Shown in pieces: positions 44,640 through 57,060 of a stretch of 64,000 nucleotides of DNA (its first letter is position 1; each line of letters opens with the position of its first letter). The position numbers were made by a program, and so were the translations under genes. This DNA comes from Azolla caroliniana (taxonomy: Eukaryota > Plantae > Polypodiophyta): positions 3,844,001-3,908,000 of the forward strand of contig JBHGNT010000016.1 in the NCBI GenBank assembly GCA_043228905.1. The letters are read 5' to 3'. The notes under the pieces are model-generated. The model was not told the DNA's origin. It ran no database searches and worked only from the letters and a program-made list of their open reading frames with translations.

Positions 44640-45250
44640 TATAATCTAAGGCTGGAGAAGAATGGAAAATACATAACTCTGATCATGGATGGTGGCAAAT
44701 TTTAAAATGTAGTTGGCATTCTAAATTGCCACTTGTAGGAAAGGTTTTCATTTGGAGAATTTTGATTGGGGGTTTGCCTTTGGGATTAGCTCCAAATCGT
44801 CATGGGCTAGCAATAGGCAATTGCTTCTTTTGCATTATTCAAATGGAAGCTAATACTCATCGTTTTATACAATGTCCCATTGCTTGTCAAATTTGGAGTT
44901 TTATCAAGATGCTATTTGACATCTAAACAATGGGTATTGGCACAATTTACACAGGTTGACCCAAAATCAGAGATGGAAATTGTTTTCCTATTTCTAAGGT
45001 ATTGGGGATTGTGTCATAATTGGGATATACGTAATGTTTTCACATTTGATGGTAGGCATAGAGTGAAAGCATATCTACGAAAGTTGACGGGAGTATTAAT
45101 GTGACAATTTTCTTTATTGGTGCAAGTGGAAATTCTTTCCTTAGTGGAGTGTTCATCTTGCCTAGTTGGCAATTCAACATGCTCCACTACCCATGTAGTT
45201 AGTGGATGACCATACGCCATTGTGACAGCCATTGTAAGTAGTGTTTTTCA
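44640..45250 (+). mobile_element. L1-type LINE ORF2 zinc-binding (zf-RVT) fragment
   Basis: WHSKLPLVGKVFIWRILIGGLP...CFFC...EANTHRFIQCPIACQIW is a zf-RVT signature. Frameshifted downstream. Confidence 0.75.
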
Positions 45251-45284
45251 CACACATTTATTAATATAATTGTGTGTTTTCACT

Positions 45285-45316
<32 letters not shown>

Positions 45317-46723
45317 CCTCAAACATACAATTAATATAATTCTGTGCTTTTACTAGAGAGAGAGAGAGAGAGAGTTATAGTGCACAAGGGATTTTGTTAT
45401 GATAATTCTGGTGTTCAAGGGTAGGCATAATCATATTGTGCAAATTTAAGGAATCACTTCTAGTGAAAGTGCGATTTATTGCCATAGTTAATAAGCCTAA
45501 GGCTATGTTCCCTCTATCATAATTTTGTACCTCTAAGAGGGATTGACTTTAGAAAAAAGGAAATAAAATGCTTCAACACTCCCGTGAATGTTTGATATGA
45601 CCATTCCTTGGTTCGGGTAGGTTTTTGAAAATTACATTCCAACCATTTTCATAAAACTTCTTCTAAATTTATTGCTGGCCTTGTCAACATGGCAATCGAA
45701 GTAGAGTAGTTTTTTCTATCTTCATCTTCATATGTTAGAACTTAGAAGCATAGACTCTTTGCAATGGTGTATTTTGGAATGGGAGGAACTAAAGGCCATA
45801 TAAGGAAACATACAATAAGGATAATAGATTTCATTTCAGAAAATGGTTTTATTAGGTTTCTATAACACAAAATAATTTCACAAAGTATTCCTGCCATACG
45901 AGCCTTATGGGTAAATGGGAAATGGTGGAAGATAGTTGCTGCTTGTGGGATATGACACCAGTTTTCATTCAACTCTTGCGATATTAAAATCTGACTTTAT
46001 TTACATTCCTCATTAGAACAAACCTTTAGGAAACACGAAATTCATTTTGTAAGAAAAAGTGTATTTCAAGCCGGCAATCATTTTCACCATGTTTGAGCCA
46101 GTTTTTTCATGCAACTAATCTTGTTCTCCTATTCAAGACCAACTTTATTTACATACATAATTTTTTATGAGGTGAAGCCTACCAAAGGTCCTGTAAAGAA
46201 ATTGTTGATCATAGTACCCTTTCTTCACCATGTTCACACATTTCGGGACATGAAGATTTTGGAGGCAACACAGTTCAGGAGATGGGAAGATGAGACTTTG
46301 TAGACAACACATTTCAGGAGATAAAAACTAAGGAAATGGAAGTTTTTTCAAAATATCCCCTGGTAGCGAAAGTTCATTATTTATATACTCTAGATATGGT
46401 TAAAGAAACACAATTAACAACATATTTTACAACTTTCCAATTGGTCCACACACCAGCTTTTTGATATTTCTTTCCTTCAAAGCCCTTCCTTTCTAGTTGC
46501 AACACTGCAAAAAGCAGATTTTAACAGAACCTACACATTTTTTGGGTTGGTGCCAGCTAAGCTGCATGACACCTTTTCTTACTTTTTTTATTTTTTTTAT
46601 TTTTTGAAGTGACAAAATTGATATTATGTACAAATGAATGTTTGAATCAGGTTCCGTAAAAGAATTGTAGTATCTCTACCATATGAACAGAAAAGCTACG
46701 CTAAAAACCTTAAACCCTGGATC

Positions 46724-47347
46724 TCAATTTATGTGTGAATGAACCTCTGTTGAGCAATATGTTGTACCCGTGGAAGAACAGCAATCACTACATACGAATG
46801 TAGTATCAGGAGCCCTTATAAAGTGATCAGCATGCCGTCCACAACCAGGCCTATTGCATTCTGTGCATTTTGGTAACCTCAGCCAGCAACAAGAACATAA
46901 GAAATCTAAGGAGAAAGTCTCTTCATATTCATTGTCATTGATGCACCTTCCACACTCCTCGCAGCGCACGATGCAAAGAATGCAAGCACGACATTCCTGG
47001 AGGTTGTTTCCCCTTTTTTGCTGACATCTTTCACGGGTGCAATCGTATATAATCCTTACATTGCTACATTTAGGGCATTCTTCCACATCAATTGGTCTTT
47101 CATCAGGACAGTTGGAAAAATAATGCCCATTGTGATAATACTGAGGCCTGGTAGAAGTAGATGGAAACTGTGTTCCCACCCCAATCATGTTCTTCAGATA
47201 CTCTAGATGTTCCACAGTTAAACCATAAATATTCCGCACTCTTAACTGTTTTAAACCAGGCTTTCCAGAATTCTTATGATTTGTCAATATCTCCACCATT
47301 CTTACAACAGCATCCGCACTGATCCTGGTACAACCTGGAAGAGCCAG
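46724..47347 (-). CDS. Terminal exon of a SKIP14/SKIP28-like F-box protein; upstream exon(s) not found in the window
   Basis: Acceptor TTTTGTAG| at 47348, then LALPGCTRISADAVV...RPIDVEECPKC..IYDC...CRACILCIVRCEECGRCI...EETFSLDFLCSCCW, the Cys-rich C-terminus of the SKIP14 family. The F-box domain itself is not in view. Confidence 0.8.
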   Translation of the reverse strand: MALPGCTRISADAVVRMVEILTNHKNSGKPGLKQLRVRNIYGLTVEHLEYLKNMIGVGTQFPSTSTRPQYYHNGHYFSNCPDERPIDVEECPKCSNVRIIYDCTRERCQQKRGNNLQECRACILCIVRCEECGRCINDNEYEETFSLDFLCSCCWLRLPKCTECNRPGCGRHADHFIRAPDTTFVCSDCCSSTGTTYCSTEVHSHIN

Positions 47348-50300
47348 CTACAAAACATGGCACCATAAAGTTAGTACAGTTTGGTACAGGGAACACAGAA
47401 TAATACTAAAAATATGATTTTACACTTATCATCATATCTCAAAATACTGGAATTATGATTCTTGAACTATATTTACAGCAACAAGCAGATTCCTACATGC
47501 CAAGAAATCTAATAAGGAGCTGAACAAAAGCATAATTCTTTATTCATTTGAAACTAAAATAGTCCAAATTGCAGTGTACATTTAAAGAGAGTTTTATTTT
47601 GGGAGGAGGTATGAGAAGAACTATCATCAAAGGCACCTGCACCAGAGACGTATGCATGCTTTTCACTTTTAGCTCTGCTACGAAGATTTTCAAAGGTGCC
47701 CTTTTCATCAAATTTGAGAGGCCCTCAAGCTTTATTCCAGGCATAAATGAGTGTTTTAATTCAATTGTGCTGATACACTTTCATATATGCATAGTGTCAT
47801 ATCACATTTTTGAGCACCAAGCTCTTTTTCAACATTTTTGAGCACCAAGCTCTAGATCTAAGTGATATGCAATCCAATGCATGTCTAGATATGAAAACTA
47901 TGCAGTTCAATGCATCAGGATACAGAATGTAGCCTCAGATCTTACCAAATGGCAATAGTCTGTATCGACATGTTATCACCTCATGTTTTGCAATGCACTG
48001 TTCATATCACCACAAATCTCAAAATGGAAAGGCATTATATAATTTAGGAAACCTTGGACATGAAACCATATATAATGTGATGATGCTTATCAGCAATGAA
48101 TCACTGTCTCACTGACTTTGATTATTACCACATGTGGGCCTACAGATCCAGCACACTATACCACTGCATGCGTAACTATAATATAAATAAGATATTCCAG
48201 AGCACCAACTAAAAGGACATCTTAACTGATTATACCAGGCTTGTACATTTTTATAGGAAATGCAGACACAAACAAATCTGCCTTTCTTGTGCATTGCCCT
48301 CTCAAGCTGATAAAGCGATTCTTTCATGCAGAGCCTGCATTAACCCAAGCACCACTTGATTGTACAAGCAAACCACAAATCAAGGTTGCAGGCAAACTGC
48401 TTAACAGGTACATTCTAGGGATCTCAACCTATACCCCAAAGCCTTTTATGTATCAAGCAATAAGAATGCTAAATGATATCATAATGCATAAAAATCTAGA
48501 ATTCTACAATTGTTTCTTGTAAACATCCAATGCTGCATCTGGTTCACTGAACCACATGTACCTTTAACAAATGCATCTCTAAATATGGCACATTAGACAT
48601 ATTTCCCATGTTGAAATATTCTGAATATTTATATGACCTATTTTAATATATTTAGTAAAGAATTATTTGAAATAATAAATATTTCATCCCATCTATTACT
48701 GCTTCAATGAATGGAAACTGTATGCTAGCTCATTCATAGATATGTGCTTTTTCCTCTTAGCATGATAGCATTATGAAAGCATGGTTCCAAATCTTCATTT
48801 TAGCATCGTTCACTAGTAGGTCACCTTTTAACACAAACAAATATGAACCAAATTGTTGACTCCTATGCATGACCTTCAAATAACTGTCATGAAGACATTC
48901 CCAGTTCAATGGCTTTGGGATTTTCTGGAGGACGACTTTTAGGAGCAACTACCAACTCAAGTAGATAATTATATTGAAATCTTATAGCTATAAAGGTTTA
49001 TGGGAAAATCAAATGATTGTTTAATATCTAGTGTTGTATGTGTATAAACCTTAAAATAATCTCTAATGATGAATATGCAAATGCACTAAAAACATATCCT
49101 ACCTTTGATTGTCCTTGTAAGGTCGATTGGGCATCAACAAGCTTTCATGTGACTTAGATTTTAAATATAACAAGCCTTGAATTTGTCCTTGTTCGGCTGA
49201 TTGGCCATTCTTTTGCAATAGCATGAAATTAGGAAGGAAGAGGAAACCTATGTCACACACTACTTACTGGCCATATAGGCAATATCGATATTTCAACTGA
49301 GAATTCCTATTTTGTTGATTATTCTACTATTCCAGCCTACCTTAGAGAGCTTGTTAGCTGGACTTAAAAGAGGTTTTCAGAATATCTAAATAATATCATG
49401 ACTATCCCATGCTGTCAAGGCACTGTATCAGTGATATGAATCCTGATCACCAGGCCAAGAAGCTTCACAAAGAGTTTGTTGATCTCAATTGTCATGCATC
49501 CTAACTAACTATACATGGGGTGCAAATGGTTAGACTCCTGTGAATGACAACCTGGAGTTCAATCAAAGGACCTCAGAAGCATATTACGTGATTGACATGA
49601 ACTTTGCAAGCTAACAAGAGAAAATGAATCACTGGCCTAAGTATTGGTCTGCTTCGTCTCTGCTCTTAAATTGGAGTTAAACCGATTTCCTAACTTATTA
49701 TGCTGTTAAAAATAAAGTGTCAGGATAAAAGGATATCTAATAAATTCAGTGCAAGAGAGATCAATCCAGTAAACAAGAATTTATGAACTCTTTCAACAAT
49801 GGGATAATACAAAGCCAGACTAAAAATGCAGAGTTCATTCCTATACAAATAACTTTGTTCAAGGATGCACTAAGGCAAAAGATATAATACATCTTTGTGA
49901 GGTCAGAATATTGTATACATAGACAACAAACACTGTATGAGAAACCTATCATGAGGAGCATAGATTTATCCACTATTTCATGCCATCTCATAATGTTCAA
50001 GAGAGCATAATCTTTATCAACTACTTTCAACAATGTTAGCTAGTATGTACAACACACCACATTCCCCAAGAGAGAATTCACATCTAGTAATGTTAAAGAG
50101 TCACAGCTTATTATAGGATTCAATATTTCACGAGATTGAACTGCCATTCACCGAAAAGGTTATGGGGTAAAGTTTTCATACCTGTTGTCAAATGACTAAG
50201 AAACACTTGCAGTTTCACATAAACTACATGAAGGCAGCACGAGGATTAGGGTTTAGGTCAAAAACAGAGAGGGAGAGAGTCTGAGTGAGAGACAAAGGGA

Positions 50301-50523
50301 AAGAGAGAGATGCAAGCTGTCTTGGGTACAAAGAGTCAAAAGTGTGCTACGAGTGCGTTCACACTCGGGCACTAATAAAAGGCACAATGGCCCTTTATTC
50401 CCAACAACCTCCCACCTAAAGGCAATGTGCCGTGAGAAGAAAAAAGAAAAGAAAAAGAAAGTCAGCTAAGTCCAAGTATGTACAAAGCTGAACTACATAC
50501 ATCTATCCAACTCCCATCATCTG

Positions 50524-51784
50524 TCAGCAATGAGCAAATCGCTCAGCTGGAAGACCCTTCGTGAGAAGATCTGCAGGATTATTATTTGTATGTACTTTGA
50601 CAAGCTCAATGTTCTTGCTATCAAGTACATCTCTGATGAAGTGATACTTCACCTCTATGTGCTTCGTCTTTGCATGAAAGATGGGATTCCGAGCTAGCAT
50701 GATAGCAGTCTGGCTGTCACAATGAAGAGTAGGTAACTCTGTAATACCAAGATCTCTCACTAGATATAAAAGCCATAAAGCCTCTTTGCATGCCTCAGTG
50801 TCAGCAACATACTCTGCCTCTGTAGTAGACAATGCAACACACTTTTGTAGTCTGGAGATCCAAGAGACCGCACCTCCTGTGAAAGTAAACACATACCCAG
50901 AAGTAGACTTCCTGCAGTCTGCGTGACCAGCATAGTCTGCATCCGTAAAACCAACGACAGATGCCTTTTGCTTTCCAAAGCAAATGCCCAAGTCCTTTGT
51001 GCCTTTGAGGTATCTCATAATACCTTTCACTGCTTCCCAATGCTTTTTGCCGCGATTTGCCATGTACCTACTAACCACTCCCACTGCAAAGGCAATATCA
51101 GGGCGTGTAGCAACCATCGCATATATCAAACTGCCAACGGCAGAAGCATATGGAACCTTAGCCATTTCCGCCTTCTCATCATCAGATGTAGGGTTGTCTT
51201 CTGCACTGAGTTTCAAATATGGAGGCAATGGAACCCCAATTGTTTTCCCCCCCTCCATATTGAAACGCTGCAAAACCTTAGAGATATACTCCTGCTGAGA
51301 TAGAAAGAGTACCCCTTTCGATCGGTTTCGGAGTATTCGCATGCCAAGGATGTGATTTGCATCACCAAGATCCTTCATATCAAAGCTGCCATGAAGGCTT
51401 TGCTTCAATGAATCCAAGGCATGAATATCCTTGCCAGCAATCAACATATCATCAACATACAAAACCAAGATAATCAGGCTGCCATCTCCTGCCTTCTTGG
51501 TCCACTTGACTTCTACGAAAACCTTGAGACTGCATAAATGCATCAAATTTATGAAACCATTCTCTTGGTGCTTGTTTCAACCCATACAAACTCCTTTTGA
51601 GCTTACAAACCATCTTCTCTTTGCCTTTAGCCACAAAACCTTCAGGCTGCTGCATATATTTGTCTTCATGCAGATCGCCATATAAAAAGGCGGTCTTCAC
51701 ATCCATCTGTATGAGTTCCATATCTTCAGCTGCAACTAAGCCCAAAATGATTCTTAACGTAGTCATCTTTACTACAGGCGAAAA
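50524..51784 (-). pseudogene. Copia A RT-RNase H (frameshifted)
   Basis: QMDVKTAFLYGDL, YGLKQAPR, LYVDDMLIAG, GFTDADYAG and KHIEVKYHFIRD are split over ORFs 51452-51766 and 50524-51546. Confidence 0.88.
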
Positions 51785-52234
51785 GGTAAAGAGGGATGTT
51801 TGAGGGAGCAGCTATTGATTGATGACGTTCAGTAAACAAGACTGTAGTAGAGATGAGAGTAGAGACACAGATTTTAGGGTGTACCCAACCACCTTGATTG
51901 GTACACAAGAAAAAAAAGGTTATTATATTAGTTAACCCTACAAAGAAAGAACGGATCAGCTATTGAGAGATGACGTTCAGCAAACAGGACTGTAGTAGAG
52001 ATAAGAGTAGAGACACACAGATCTTTGGTGTACCCAACCGCCTTGATTGGTACACAAGAAAAAAGAAGGTTATTATATTAGTTAACCTTACATAGAAAGT
52101 GGTGTGTTCACATTATAAAAGGAGGTGTCCTGTCCAAGTGAACAATGTGTTCACATATACGAATAATTACCTAATTTGTGAACTACGGGCCTTTACACCT
52201 AACAACCTCCCACTTAAAGGTCCGATGTGAACAT

Positions 52235-55200
52235 TCAAGTAACTCCCACTAACTGTATGCAATGCTCATGTTGAGCTTTGCCAAGACTTTTAGTGAGAAT
52301 ATCTGCAGGATTATCCTGTGTTTTGATCTTGGTCAATGTGACTAGACCATCCTCCAAAACTTGTCTGATAAAGTGATGTCGCACATCAATGTGTTTGGTG
52401 CGCGAATGAAACATGGCATTCTTAGCCAGATACACAGCACTCTGGCTATCACATCCTAACACAGGAGTACTAACAGACATGCCAAGATCTTCACCAAGTC
52501 TGCTGAGCCATATAGCTTCCTTTGAAGCTTCTGTAGCTGAAATATATTCAGCTTCAGTAGTACTCAGTGCTACAATCTTTTGCAATTTGGAGCACCAAGA
52601 CACTGCTCCACCAGCAACTGTAAATATATACCCGCTAGTAGACTTACGTGTATCCAAGTCACCTGCCATGTCTGCATCACAATATCCCTGCAAATTTAAT
52701 GCACCCTTCCCATAGCATAAACATTTTCTTTGTGTACCTTTAAGATACCTGAAAACACACTTGACAGCCTCCCAATGTGCTTTCCCAGGATTAGACATAT
52801 AGCGACTAACAACTCCCACTGCATAAGCAATATCTGGACGAGTAGCTACCATAGCATACATTAGAGAACCACATGCTGATGCATAAGGAATTCCCTTCAT
52901 AGCATTGATTTCCATCTCATCCTTTGGACAATCAGCCTTGCTGAGTTTAAGATATGACGGCAAAGGAACTCCAAGAGACTTTGCTTCTGCCATATTAAAT
53001 CTGTTAAGCACTTTTTCAATGTACTTTTCTTGTGACAAAAACAACAATTTGTTTTTTCTGTTTCTATTGATTCTCATGCCCAAAATATGCTCTGCATTTC
53101 CCAAATCTTTCATAGAGAAGACCAATTTCAGTTGATCTTTTAGAGCATCAAGACTAGTCTTTCTTTTCCCAGCTAGCAACATATCATCCACATATAGAAC
53201 AAGTATGATAGGACTGTCATCGATATCCTTTTTCGTGTATAAACAATGATCTGCATAGCTACGATCAAAGCCTTGAGAAAGCATAAAAGTATCAAACTTC
53301 TTATACCACTGTCGTGGTGCTTGTTTTAGGCCATACAAGCTACGTTTTAGTTTGCATACCAAATGCTCCTTGTTAGAGACTACTAAACCCTCAGGTTGTT
53401 TCATGTAGATCTCTTCATCAATATCACCATGCAAAAAAGCGGTCTTTACGTCCATTTGGTACAACTCCAAATTAAGCATTGCAGTGAGAGCAAATAGCAC
53501 ACGAAGTGTGGTCATCTTCACAACAGGAGAGAAGACCTCTTGGAAGTCAATACCTTCCTTTTGTGCATAACCCTTGGCAACTAATCTTGCCTTGTATTTT
53601 GGTTTCCCTTCAATTTCCTTTACCTTATAAACCCACTTATTTGGAAGAGCTTTCCTTCCTTGAGGTAAGGACACAAGATCCCATGTATCATTTGCATATA
53701 AAGATTTTATTTCTTCTTGCATTGCAAGCTCCCACTTACTACTAAGTTCACATGACATTGCCTCCTTATACGTAAGAGGTTCACCCTCATCTGACAGCAT
53801 GACATAATGCAAAGAGGGGTCATATCTATATACCTGCCTCCTTGAACGATTAGACCTACGTACCCAATGATCAGTATTCTCTGGGATTGGTTCTAAATCT
53901 GGAGGAAAATCATTTTCAGCACTTTCTGGCTGTTGCGAACCATGTCCAGCATGTTGTTCGACATCTATATTTTGTTCTTCAGTACCTTCATCTCGTTGAT
54001 CAATATCTTCATGAGCATCTCTTTGCTGTCCAACTTCTTCTGGCTCAAAGATAACCGGTTGACCATCATATTCAACCTTTGGTATAGCATCATGAGGTTT
54101 ATTTTCAGATTTTGTGGATGGCTGTAATTGCTGAAATGTAACGCTCTTAGAGTTCCCAACAGAGGAACAAGCATTTTTCAGCAATTTTTCTTCATTAAAA
54201 ACAACATCCCGGCTGCGTACAATTTTTCTGGACTGAGGTAACCAAATCCTATAGCCCATTTCACCTTCATCACCATAGCCCATAAAAATGCCCATGGTGG
54301 ACTTAGCATCGAGCTTATTTCTCAGCTCACTTCTAATGTGTACAAACGCATCACAACCGAAATTTCGTAAATGGTCATATGAAGCTGGTTTGCCAGACCA
54401 AACCTCCTCAGGGATTCCATTTTTTAAGGACTTGTTGGGAGAACGATTACATATATGAACCGCGGTTTTTAATGCTTCTCCCCAAAATTCATGAGGGAGA
54501 TTAGCTGTGGACAGCATGCATCGTACTCGCTCACACAAGGTCCTATTATACCTTTCTGCCACCCCATTTGATGAAGGGTTATATGGAGCAGTAAGCTCTC
54601 TTTTAATACCATGTAAGTCACAATAAGACTTAAATTCTGCAGATGTAAACTCACCCCCATTATCTGTTCTAAGACATTTCAGTTTTGTCCCTTTTTGAGT
54701 AGTCACAAATGCATGAAAAGATTTAAATGCATCAAATGCATCACCTTTTCTTTTCATCAAGTACACCCAAATCTTCCTAGAATAATCATCGATAAAGGAA
54801 ATAAAATACGCAGCACCGCCCAAGGATTTTACAGGCATGCTACATACATCAGAATGCACCAAATCTAGCACATTTGGTTTACGAGAGATACCAGAATAAT
54901 AAGAATTTCTCACTTGTTTGCCAAATAGACAATCATTACAAAAAACCAACTTTGATCCTTTAACATCAAATCTTTTTAAAGCAGAAAGGACTTCAAGTCC
55001 TTTTTGGCTCATATGTCCTAATCTCTTATGCCAAAGCTCTAAACGAGAGTCGAATTCAGCAATAGCAAGAAACTTTCCAGGTAAAGCTTTGCATTGCAAA
55101 CAGTACAAAGTGCCCTTTTTGCAACCTTTCACAATAACCATAGATCCTTTCTTTAGTTTCCATAATCCACCACCGAATAATGTGGTGTAACCATGCAAAT

Positions 55201-55666
55201 CCATCTGTCCTACAGATAGCAAACTTTTCTTTATGCCAGGTACATACCTAACATCTTTGAGCACAAGCTCTTGACCATTATTCAAAGACAAGTGTATGGT
55301 TCCAATACCATCAATATTGCAAGCACTATTGTTACCAAGATAAACTTTTCCATAACTGCCTGCATCAAATGTGGTAAAGCACTCCAAACATGGAGTAACA
55401 TGAAACGAAGCCCCAGAGTCTACTATCCATGTCTGTGTCAATCCATCATCGATTGACAATAAAGCATCAATAACATCTGTTTTGGTGATTTGCATGTCTT
55501 GAACATGAGCTATAAAGGCATCACCTGTAATACAAAGTACATCACCATCTTCACCAGATAGCTCTTCAATGATAACATTTGAAGCCATATTAGCTTTCTC
55601 TGTTGTATTAAACTTATCCTCTTTGTTTTTCTTCTCTCCAACATTCTTCTTCCTTTCTAGTTCCAT
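52235..55666 (-). CDS. Copia C pol polyprotein (protease, integrase, RT, RNase H), 1143-aa open frame
   Basis: WIVDSGASFH, LWHKRLGH, LVHSDVC, RTDNGGEF, NGVAER, QMDVKTAFLHG, LYVDDML, GYCDADMAGD in Copia domain order. Confidence 0.93.
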   Translation of the reverse strand: MELERKKNVGEKKNKEDKFNTTEKANMASNVIIEELSGEDGDVLCITGDAFIAHVQDMQITKTDVIDALLSIDDGLTQTWIVDSGASFHVTPCLECFTTFDAGSYGKVYLGNNSACNIDGIGTIHLSLNNGQELVLKDVRYVPGIKKSLLSVGQMDLHGYTTLFGGGLWKLKKGSMVIVKGCKKGTLYCLQCKALPGKFLAIAEFDSRLELWHKRLGHMSQKGLEVLSALKRFDVKGSKLVFCNDCLFGKQVRNSYYSGISRKPNVLDLVHSDVCSMPVKSLGGAAYFISFIDDYSRKIWVYLMKRKGDAFDAFKSFHAFVTTQKGTKLKCLRTDNGGEFTSAEFKSYCDLHGIKRELTAPYNPSSNGVAERYNRTLCERVRCMLSTANLPHEFWGEALKTAVHICNRSPNKSLKNGIPEEVWSGKPASYDHLRNFGCDAFVHIRSELRNKLDAKSTMGIFMGYGDEGEMGYRIWLPQSRKIVRSRDVVFNEEKLLKNACSSVGNSKSVTFQQLQPSTKSENKPHDAIPKVEYDGQPVIFEPEEVGQQRDAHEDIDQRDEGTEEQNIDVEQHAGHGSQQPESAENDFPPDLEPIPENTDHWVRRSNRSRRQVYRYDPSLHYVMLSDEGEPLTYKEAMSCELSSKWELAMQEEIKSLYANDTWDLVSLPQGRKALPNKWVYKVKEIEGKPKYKARLVAKGYAQKEGIDFQEVFSPVVKMTTLRVLFALTAMLNLELYQMDVKTAFLHGDIDEEIYMKQPEGLVVSNKEHLVCKLKRSLYGLKQAPRQWYKKFDTFMLSQGFDRSYADHCLYTKKDIDDSPIILVLYVDDMLLAGKRKTSLDALKDQLKLVFSMKDLGNAEHILGMRINRNRKNKLLFLSQEKYIEKVLNRFNMAEAKSLGVPLPSYLKLSKADCPKDEMEINAMKGIPYASACGSLMYAMVATRPDIAYAVGVVSRYMSNPGKAHWEAVKCVFRYLKGTQRKCLCYGKGALNLQGYCDADMAGDLDTRKSTSGYIFTVAGGAVSWCSKLQKIVALSTTEAEYISATEASKEAIWLSRLGEDLGMSVSTPVLGCDSQSAVYLAKNAMFHSRTKHIDVRHHFIRQVLEDGLVTLTKIKTQDNPADILTKSLGKAQHEHCIQLVGVT

Positions 55667-55773
55667 CTTCCAATATCTACAATCAGGTTTCTTATGACCT
55701 TTACGGCCACAATGATAGCAAGTGATATCTTGTTGTTTTCCTTTCCCTCTACTCTTACTTCTATTTCTTTGTC

Positions 55774-56424
55774 CTACATTTGGGTTCCTCTTATCATATC
55801 TCCCCCTAATATTGTATGTTGAACCACACTACCTTCTCCGCTAGATTGTCTTCTAATCTCTTCACTGAGAATAGAGCCCCGCACACCATCGAAGGTCAAG
55901 GTGGGGCTATTAGATAGTGAAACAACTAATGTTTCCCACGAATCCGGTAAAGTCATAAGTAGGAAGATAGCTTTGAGCTTGTCATCAAAAGCTGGTAATC
56001 CTGAATCTTGTAGTTGGGAGAGAGTACCTGTGAATAACGATAGATGCTCTGTTGCACCTTTCGACTCATCAAGCCTCATACTGACAAGTTTTCTCATCAA
56101 ATGCACCTGATTCACAGCAGTAGTATTCTCGTAAGTTTTCTTAAGTTTCTCCCAAACTTGATGGGCAGTAGTCAAGCCCTTTACATCTACAAGAATTTCA
56201 TCAGAAACAGCCATTTTAATATATGTAATGGCTTTCTTATTCAGAGTGTTCCAAGCATCATTTTCCATGCTCTCTGGTTTCTTTTCTACGAGAGCATCTT
56301 CACAATCTCTTAGAAAGAGGATGCCCAGCATACGCTCTTTCCACAATTCAAAACCTTTTCCATCAAATCTCTTGATTTCAAAGAGGTTTTTCACTTCAGC
56401 TGAAGTGGAGGCCATTGCTCCCAC
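55774..56424 (-). CDS. Copia C gag (separated from the zinc knuckle and pol by a 2-bp insertion)
   Basis: FDGKGFELWKERM..., VWEKLKKTYE, LLMTLPDSWETLV (retrotransposon gag). The CYHCGRKGHKKPDC knuckle follows in the pol frame. Confidence 0.88.
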   Translation of the reverse strand: MGAMASTSAEVKNLFEIKRFDGKGFELWKERMLGILFLRDCEDALVEKKPESMENDAWNTLNKKAITYIKMAVSDEILVDVKGLTTAHQVWEKLKKTYENTTAVNQVHLMRKLVSMRLDESKGATEHLSLFTGTLSQLQDSGLPAFDDKLKAIFLLMTLPDSWETLVVSLSNSPTLTFDGVRGSILSEEIRRQSSGEGSVVQHTILGGDMIRGTQM

Positions 56425-57060
56425 GATTTATGACAGATGCCTTCAGAAATTGAGCAGAATACCAATAGGAAAGGGTCTGACAGATTTTATTTTTATTTTT
56501 TAAAAATCTGTGTTTTCTGCTGATTCTGAATCTAAAGAAAAACAGCAAAGTAGAGGAAAGAGATTTGGCTCTGATACCAGTTAAAGGTAAAGAGGGATGT
56601 TTGACGGATCAGCTATTGAGAGATGACGTTCAGCAAACAGGACTGTAGTAGAGATAAGAGTAGAGACACACAGATCTTTGGTGTACCCAACCGCCTTGAT
56701 TGGTACACAAGAAAAAAGAAGGTTATTATATTAGTTAACCTTACATAGAAAGTGGTGTGTTCACATTATAAAAGGAGGTGTCTTGTCCAAGTGAACAATG
56801 TGTTCACATATACGAATAATTACCTAATTTGTGAACTACGGGCCTTTACACCTAACATACCCAACCACCTTGATTGGTACACAAGAAAAAAAAGGTTATT
56901 ATATTAGTTAACCCTACAAAGAAAGAGGTGTGTTCACATTACAAAAGGAGGTGTCCTGTCCAGGTGAACAATGTGTTCACATATACGAATAATTACCTAA
57001 TTTGTGAACTACGGGCCTTTACACCTAACAACCTCCCACTTAAAGGTCTGATGTGAACAT

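Larger units (their letters stand above)
51951..56857 (-). mobile_element. Ty1/Copia element C (youngest), same family as B, inserted in the 3' LTR of B
   Basis: 5' LTR 56582-56857, PBS TGGTATCAGAGCC 56567-56579, gag 55774-56424, pol 52235-55666, PPT 52205-52215, 3' LTR 51951-52204 (terminal 22 bp missing). The LTRs differ at one position by eye. Confidence 0.95.

Noticed and set aside
48109-48522. ORFs that might be the upstream F-box exon
   Set aside because: No F-box or LRR-like motifs in the minus-strand frames examined, and the frames are interrupted by stops.
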